The position numbers and the translations under genes were made by a program. A stretch of 64,000 bases of DNA from an uncultured Actinomycetes bacterium. GTDB taxonomy: Bacteria > Actinomycetota > Thermoleophilia > RBG-16-64-13. The notes beneath the pieces are model-generated. The model saw nothing but the letters and a program-made list of their open reading frames with translations, was not told where the DNA came from and did no database searches. Location of the stretch: assembly GCA_963706025.1 (NCBI GenBank), contig CAVPLM010000005.1:128001-192000 (forward strand), given 5' to 3'. Of this stretch, positions 58,403 to 64,000 are shown piece by piece (positions within the stretch are counted from its first letter, which is position 1; each line of letters opens with the position of its first letter).

Positions 58403-59353
58403 ATGATCGTCACCACCAACGAGCTGTTCCAGGTCGCCTACGGCAGGTTCGCCGTCGGCGCCTACAACATCAACAACATGGAGCAGACCCTGGGCCTCTT
58501 TCGGGGCAACCTCGAGTCCCAGGCTCCCTTCATCATCCAGATCTCGCGCGGTGCCCGCTCCTACGCCGACAAGAGCATGCTTGAAGCCATAATCAAGGCG
58601 GCCGACGAGATCTTCCCCGAAGCGATCTTCGCCGTGCATCTCGATCACGGCGATCTCACAAGCGCGCTCGACTGCATCGAGAGCGGCTTCTACTCATCGG
58701 TCATGATCGACGCCTCGAGCGAGCCGTTGGAGGGGAATATCCGCATCACTCGCCAGGTGGTGGAAGCGGCCCACGCCCGAGGCATCTCGGTGGAAGCGGA
58801 GTTGGGCCAACTCGGTGGGGTGGAGGAGCACGTGCAGGTGGAGGAGAAGAATGCCCATCTCACCGATCCGGCTGAGGCCGAGGTGTTCGTACGGGAGTCG
58901 GGCTGCGACTCACTGGCTGTTGCTATCGGCACCAGCCACGGAGCCTACAAGTTCAGTGGTCACCAGAGCCTGCATCTGGACGTGGCCGCCGAGATCCAGC
59001 AGCGCCTGCCCGGTTTTCCCCTGGTCATGCACGGGTCGAGCTCGGTGCCTCAAGAGGAGATCGAACGCATCAACGCTGCGGGCGGCTCGATAAGAGGGGC
59101 CAAAGGGGTTGACGAGGACGAGTTCGCCAAAGCCGTTCCCCTTGGGGTAACCAAGGTCAACATCGATACCGACGGCAGGTTGGTGTGGACCCGAGTTCAT
59201 CGGGAGTTCTTCCGGGATAATCCGGAGAAGTTCGACCTGCGGGATCCCGGCAAGGTCTTTGTGGCCGAGTATGCCAAGTTCATCGCCCACAAGAACGAGA
59301 AACTGGGCTCTGCCGGCACCTTGGAAGGAGTACGCAAGGCGGTGGCGACGTAG
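58403..59353 (+). CDS. fba: Class II fructose-bisphosphate aldolase
   Basis: GAYNINNME, HLDHG, SSVMIDAS, EAELG, AIGTSHGAYKF, MHGSS, KVNIDTD. Confidence 0.95.
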   Translation: MIVTTNELFQVAYGRFAVGAYNINNMEQTLGLFRGNLESQAPFIIQISRGARSYADKSMLEAIIKAADEIFPEAIFAVHLDHGDLTSALDCIESGFYSSVMIDASSEPLEGNIRITRQVVEAAHARGISVEAELGQLGGVEEHVQVEEKNAHLTDPAEAEVFVRESGCDSLAVAIGTSHGAYKFSGHQSLHLDVAAEIQQRLPGFPLVMHGSSSVPQEEIERINAAGGSIRGAKGVDEDEFAKAVPLGVTKVNIDTDGRLVWTRVHREFFRDNPEKFDLRDPGKVFVAEYAKFIAHKNEKLGSAGTLEGVRKAVAT

Positions 59354-59405
59354 GTAGCTACCGCTGCTCATCGAGGGAGCGGTCATCATCGGGTAAGGGG
59401 ATAGG

Positions 59406-61313
59406 GTGGAGACTCTCACAGGCCAAAGCTTTGCCCGGATCGTGCAGTCGGGCGCCTACGCCGTTACGAGGGCGCAAGACGCTCTGGACCGCATCAATGT
59501 CTTCCCGGTCGCCGATGCCGACACGGGGGCCAATCTGGCCGCTACGCTCAGTGCGGCGGCCGCCGGACTGGGCCGGAACCCGCCGGCCGCAGTCGGTTCG
59601 GCCGCCCGCGTAGCGGCGGACGCGGCTCTCATCGGTGCACGGGGCAATTCCGGGGCTATCTTCGCCCAGTTCCTTCACGGCCTGGCCGAGGGCCTTCATT
59701 CGAAGAGAGTCGTGACGACGGGCGAGTTCTCGCTGGCTGCCGAGGCCGGTGTGGATGCCGCCTACTTGGCCGTGCAGCATCCGCAGGAAGGCACCATCCT
59801 CTCGGTTCTCAGGGCCTGGGCCGCAAAGATGAGCGCGCGCGCGGCTGCGGTCCTCAATTTCGGGGATCTCATGGACGAGGCTCTGGAAGCGGCCCGCGTG
59901 GCACTGGCAGAGACCCCGAGGCAGTTGGACGTCCTTGCTCGAAATCACGTCGTCGATGCTGGAGGGCAGGGTCTGGTGTACTTCCTCGAAGGCGTGCTGG
60001 ATACGCTCAAGGGTACTCACATCCCGGACCTCTCCACCCTGGAGGCCCTCACGTTTCCCGCCGCCTATCAGCGCTTGTCGGGAGCCGTGGGCTCCGCGGC
60101 CCAAGGGTTCGTTGCCAGTGGTCTCCGTTCGGTGGAGGGGGCTCGGGCTCTCGAGATCGACGAGCGCTTCCGGTATTGCACCGAAGCCCTTCTGCGCGGG
60201 AACGCCCTCGACAGGGAGGCCATCCAGCGCGCGGTCGGCCGCCTCGGGGAGTCGCTGGTCTTGGCCGGGGGCGGCTCGCACATGCGCGTGCACCTGCATA
60301 CGGATGATCCCGACCTCTTCTTGCGCACTCTCGCGGAGTTCGGCACCCCGGAGAGCGTCAAGGTCGACGACATGGTGGAACAGCAGGCGGCTGCGCGCGC
60401 CGCCACGATCGCCCTCGTCACGGACTCTACCTTTGACCTTTCCGAGGCTGCCCAACTGCGCTACGGCAGTGTGATGGTGCCTCTGACCATCTCGATCGGG
60501 GGAGGCACCTACCTCGACCGGGTGGAGTTGAGCTCGCCGGAGTTCTACCGGATGGTGCGCGAGACCGACGAGTTGCCCCGCTCCTCTCAGCCCAACCGGG
60601 CAGATTTCAAACGCGTATACGAAGCCCTGCTCGAGGATCACGAGGGTGTGGTCTCGGTCCATATCTCAGCGCGGCTTTCGGGGACCTACCAATCGGCCCT
60701 GGGAGCGGCTGGGGAGGTCGATCCAGAAAGGGTGCGAGTCATCGACTCGAGGCACGTGTCGGTGGGGCTGGGATTGGTGGTAGAGGCCGCGGGCGAAGCC
60801 ATTCGCGCCGGCGAGACCCTGGAGGGGGTGGTGGCGGCAGCCGAGGCTGCCGCCCGGAATACCCGGGTCTATGGAGCCACCCCGTCTCTGGACTTCGCCG
60901 TCAAGGGGGGCCGGGTGAACTCGAAGGTGGCCTATCTTGCCGGCCTCGTCAAGCTGAAACCGGTCATCTTGTTCGATGAGGAGGGGGGAGCCCACGCCGA
61001 CGGCGGCCATCTGGGATACGGCCGGACGATTAGAGGCATCGCCCGGCGGGCCGCTGAATTCGCCCACGGGGAGCCGGCCCGAGTTGCCATCACCCACGCC
61101 GATTCGCCCGAATCCGCCGCCTACCTTCTTCAGCAACTGCACAAGCGGTTCGGACAGCAGCAGGACATCCCCATGATGGAGTCCGGCGCGGTCCTGGCCA
61201 CTCACACGGGTTTGGGCGCCGTGGCGGTTGCAGTGCGGCGGCTGCCCGCCGAGTCTGGACGAGATCGGGCATCGACGCCGGACGGCGAGACCGGGCAAGG
61301 AGGCTCTCGCTGA
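59406..61313 (+). CDS. DAK2 (FakA-like) - DegV (FakB-like) fusion protein
   Basis: INVFPVADADTG, ARGNSG, EGTIL, VDAGG, YCTE, then VTDST.DL, SSQP, SARLSGTYQS, GGR, HTGLG. Confidence 0.9.
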   Translation: METLTGQSFARIVQSGAYAVTRAQDALDRINVFPVADADTGANLAATLSAAAAGLGRNPPAAVGSAARVAADAALIGARGNSGAIFAQFLHGLAEGLHSKRVVTTGEFSLAAEAGVDAAYLAVQHPQEGTILSVLRAWAAKMSARAAAVLNFGDLMDEALEAARVALAETPRQLDVLARNHVVDAGGQGLVYFLEGVLDTLKGTHIPDLSTLEALTFPAAYQRLSGAVGSAAQGFVASGLRSVEGARALEIDERFRYCTEALLRGNALDREAIQRAVGRLGESLVLAGGGSHMRVHLHTDDPDLFLRTLAEFGTPESVKVDDMVEQQAAARAATIALVTDSTFDLSEAAQLRYGSVMVPLTISIGGGTYLDRVELSSPEFYRMVRETDELPRSSQPNRADFKRVYEALLEDHEGVVSVHISARLSGTYQSALGAAGEVDPERVRVIDSRHVSVGLGLVVEAAGEAIRAGETLEGVVAAAEAAARNTRVYGATPSLDFAVKGGRVNSKVAYLAGLVKLKPVILFDEEGGAHADGGHLGYGRTIRGIARRAAEFAHGEPARVAITHADSPESAAYLLQQLHKRFGQQQDIPMMESGAVLATHTGLGAVAVAVRRLPAESGRDRASTPDGETGQGGSR

Positions 61314-61515
61314 GTCTTCCGGCCGCTATGGGCGTTACCCTCGGCGTGTTTGTCGTCTTCATACGTGGTATTTTCTCCCCGGCAGACTGGCGGAGGATGG
61401 ATCTGTGTCCATCGGCCGCGATGTGAGGCCGGCTATGACACTCGGGCAGAGCGTGGCCGGCTTCGCCTGTCTCTAGGCGCTTACACGACCGCTAAGGCAT
61501 ACGGAAGGAGAGAGA

Positions 61516-63333
61516 ATGGCGGCCGCGATCGACGCCCTCACCAAGAACGGGGAGCTGCTGGCTTTTCTACGCGACGTGGTCGAGCTCTGCAGGCCGGACA
61601 ACGTCTACACGTGCGACGGCTCGCAGGAAGACTACGAGCACATGTGCGACCTGCTCGTCAAGCAGGGAACGTTCACCCGGCTGAACGACTCCCTGCGGCC
61701 GAACTGCTACCTGGCCCGTTCTCATCCCAGCGACGTGGCTCGGGTCGAAGACCGCACCTACATCTGTACCACCGACCAGGCGGATGCCGGTCCCACCAAC
61801 AACTGGGCCCCCGCCGGGCAGATGAAGCGCAAGATGGCCCGCCTGTTCAAGCGCACCATGGAGGGGCGGACGATGTACATCATCCCGTTCTCCATGGGAC
61901 CGATCGGCTCGCCCTTCTCAAAGATCGGCATCGAGGTGACCGACTCCCCCTATGTGGTCGCCAACATGATGATCATGACCCGCACCGGCATCGAGGTCCT
62001 CGAGGCGCTGGGCGAGAACGGCAAGTTCATTCCCTGCCTGCACTCGGTAGGAGCGCCGCTCGCCCCGTTCCAGGGCGACGTGCCCTGGCCCTGCGAGCGC
62101 GATCCCAAGCACAAGTTCATCGTGCATTTCCCCGAGGATCCGTCCATCTGGTCCTATGGGTCGGGATACGGCGGCAACGCCCTCTTGGGCAAGAAGTGTC
62201 TGGCTCTGCGCATCGCCTCGACCGAGGCCCACAAGGAGGGCTGGCTGGCGGAACACATGCTGATCCTGGGCCTCACCTCACCCGAGGGCAAGACGCACTA
62301 CATCGCCGGCGCCTTCCCCAGCGCCTGCGGCAAGACCAATCTCGCGATGATGCGGCCCACCTTGCCCGGCTGGAAGGTGACCACCGTAGGAGACGACATC
62401 GCCTGGATGCGCATCGGCGCGGACGGCCGTCTCTATGCGGTGAACCCCGAGATCGGTTTCTTCGGCGTGGCGCCGGGGACGTCGTACGACTCCAATCCCA
62501 ATGCGATGGACACGTTCACCCGGAACACCATCTTCACCAACGCCGGTCTCACCGATGAGGGTGACGTGTGGTGGGAAGACATGGGGGTCGAGGCTCCGGC
62601 CCATCTCATCGACTGGGAGGGCAACGACTGGGCCCCCGACTCGGGGCGGAAGGCGGCTCACGCCAACTCGCGCTTCACGGCTCCGGCCGCTCAATGCCCG
62701 GTCATCGATCCCAAATGGCAGGACCCGGCGGGGGTCCCCATCTCGGCCGTACTGTTCGGCGGGCGGCGGACGAGCACCATCCCCCTGGTGAACGAGGCGT
62801 TCGACTGGGAGCACGGCGTCTTCATGGGCTCGGCTGCCGGCTCCGAGACCACCGCGGCCAACCTGAGCAAGACCGGGGTGCTGCGGCACGACCCCTTCGC
62901 CATGCTGCCGTTCTGCGGCTACAACATGGGTGACTACTTCGCCCATTGGCTGTCGATGGCCGACCGCACGGACGCCGGCAAGCTGCCGCGGATCTTCTTC
63001 GTCAACTGGTTCCGCAAGGCCGAGGATGGACACTGGCTTTGGCCGGGATACGGCGAGAACAGCCGGGTGCTCAAGTGGATCTTCGAGCGTGTAGAGGGCG
63101 GTGGAGAAGCGGTCAAGACCCCGATCGGCAATCTGCCGACGGCCGAGGCGCTGGATCTCTCCGGCCTCGATCTGCCCGCCGACGACCTGCGCACACTCCT
63201 GAAGGTCGACATCGAAGGCTGGAAGCAGGAAGCCGCCGGCCTGTCTGAGTACTACGACGAATTCGGGGATCGCCTGCCGGAGACCCTGCGCAGTCAGCTC
63301 GCGGCCCTGCAGGACCGTCTGGGCGCGAGGTGA
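61516..63333 (+). CDS. pckG: Phosphoenolpyruvate carboxykinase (GTP)
   Basis: [60 protein letters not shown]. Confidence 0.98.
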   Translation: MAAAIDALTKNGELLAFLRDVVELCRPDNVYTCDGSQEDYEHMCDLLVKQGTFTRLNDSLRPNCYLARSHPSDVARVEDRTYICTTDQADAGPTNNWAPAGQMKRKMARLFKRTMEGRTMYIIPFSMGPIGSPFSKIGIEVTDSPYVVANMMIMTRTGIEVLEALGENGKFIPCLHSVGAPLAPFQGDVPWPCERDPKHKFIVHFPEDPSIWSYGSGYGGNALLGKKCLALRIASTEAHKEGWLAEHMLILGLTSPEGKTHYIAGAFPSACGKTNLAMMRPTLPGWKVTTVGDDIAWMRIGADGRLYAVNPEIGFFGVAPGTSYDSNPNAMDTFTRNTIFTNAGLTDEGDVWWEDMGVEAPAHLIDWEGNDWAPDSGRKAAHANSRFTAPAAQCPVIDPKWQDPAGVPISAVLFGGRRTSTIPLVNEAFDWEHGVFMGSAAGSETTAANLSKTGVLRHDPFAMLPFCGYNMGDYFAHWLSMADRTDAGKLPRIFFVNWFRKAEDGHWLWPGYGENSRVLKWIFERVEGGGEAVKTPIGNLPTAEALDLSGLDLPADDLRTLLKVDIEGWKQEAAGLSEYYDEFGDRLPETLRSQLAALQDRLGAR

Positions 63334-63336
63334 TCC

Positions 63337-64000
63337 ATGAACCCCCTGGCCGCTGAGCTCAACCAGACCATCGAGCAGCACGCTCCCGCGGTCATGCGGA
63401 TGCTCTCCGATCTGGGCAGAGAACTGTACTTTCCCAAAGGGATCCTCACTCAGACGGCTGAGGCCAATCAGAAGGCCACCCGCTACAACGCCACCATCGG
63501 CGAAGCCCGGGAACTGCAGCATTCCATGGGACTCCCGGCGATCATGCGCCACTTCACCGACCTTGGACCGGACGCCGTGCTGCCCTACGCTCCTTCGGCC
63601 GGCCGGGCCGATCTGCGGGCCGCCTGGCGAGAGGAGATCAAGGAGAAGAACCCGTCGCTGGGCGACACTCCTCTCAGCCTGCCGGTGGTCACGAGCGGGA
63701 TCACCCATGGCCTGAGCACGGTGGCGGACATGTTCGTCGACCCGGGCGATCTCCTGCTGCTTCCCGATCAGTTGTGGGGCAACTACCTGATGATCTTCTC
63801 CGTGAAACGGGGCGCGCAGGTGACGCGTTACCCGCTGCTGTCCTTTGACCAGGGTTTCGATGTGGCCGGGTTCCGCCGGGTGCTCGGCGAGAACGTCGAT
63901 CGAGGCAAGCTGCTCGTGCTCTTCAACTTCCCGAACAACCCCACCGGGTATTCCATCACTCCGGCGGAAGCCGACGCCATCCGGGATGCGCTGGTGGAGG
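63337..64000 (+). CDS. Class I/II aminotransferase, truncated by the window end
   Basis: LYFPKGILTQ..YNATIG..YAP..G..LR..VVTSGITHGL..WGNY..NFPNNPTGY; frame open to 64000. Confidence 0.88.
   Translation, partial: MNPLAAELNQTIEQHAPAVMRMLSDLGRELYFPKGILTQTAEANQKATRYNATIGEARELQHSMGLPAIMRHFTDLGPDAVLPYAPSAGRADLRAAWREEIKEKNPSLGDTPLSLPVVTSGITHGLSTVADMFVDPGDLLLLPDQLWGNYLMIFSVKRGAQVTRYPLLSFDQGFDVAGFRRVLGENVDRGKLLVLFNFPNNPTGYSITPAEADAIRDALVE

Noticed and set aside
52000-59400. GGGTA(T/A/C) hexamers before the macrodomain, nitroreductase, ABM-like and DAK2 genes as a SigB/SigF-type regulon
   Set aside because: The -35 matches are inconsistent and the motif is too short to support without TSS data.
1985-63708. 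Long antisense and alternative-frame ORFs in the track (e.g. 1985-3613, 28818-30107, 48116-49441, 62278-63708)
   Set aside because: They are shadows of well-supported genes in high-GC DNA, with no recognisable motifs.
1-64000. CRISPR array, tRNA/rRNA, prophage, transposase or recognised defence system
   Set aside because: No spaced repeats, RNA gene signatures or such protein motifs were seen by eye; a dedicated scan was not possible.

Overview
This 64 kb window is GC-rich chromosomal backbone. Gene order and content (dcw cluster without ftsA or ddl, sepF/divIVA, leaderless-type starts, GTP-dependent PEPCK, SLH protein, oxygen-sensitive radical dehydratase) suggest an anaerobic Actinomycetota, possibly Thermoleophilia-like (inference). 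Layout: 1-22.5 kb is the dcw cluster (mraZ to ftsZ) plus pgeF, yggS, sepF, proC-like, divIVA, DUF167, DksA/TraR-like, lspA and rluA. 22.6-32.6 kb holds a HAD hydrolase, tkt, tal and a split pyr operon (pyrR, pyrB, osmC, M48 peptidase, pyrC, carA; no carB). 32.6-58 kb is accessory metabolism: a peroxiredoxin, a secreted flavoprotein, VOC and beta-propeller proteins, an APC permease / saccharopine-dehydrogenase-like / class III aminotransferase cluster, an SLH protein, an acyltransferase, a flavoprotein + 2-hydroxyacyl-CoA dehydratase-like operon, nitrilase, macrodomain, nitroreductase, ThDP decarboxylase and RutB-like amidase. 58-64 kb holds fba, a DAK2-DegV fusion, pckG and a truncated aminotransferase. 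Strongest signals missed by the ORF track: (1) a BCP peroxiredoxin with UGA at the peroxidatic Cys and a SECIS-like hairpin; (2) two PyrR-binding hairpins that sequester the SDs of pyrB and pyrC separately; (3) a 163-bp MITE with a TTA duplication at the nitrilase stop codon; (4) a divergent dehydratase operon with an in-frame UGA between two low-complexity tails. Many single-base frameshifts look like assembly errors. No rRNA, tRNA, CRISPR, prophage or transposase was seen, and nothing here is proven to be a wholly new system.
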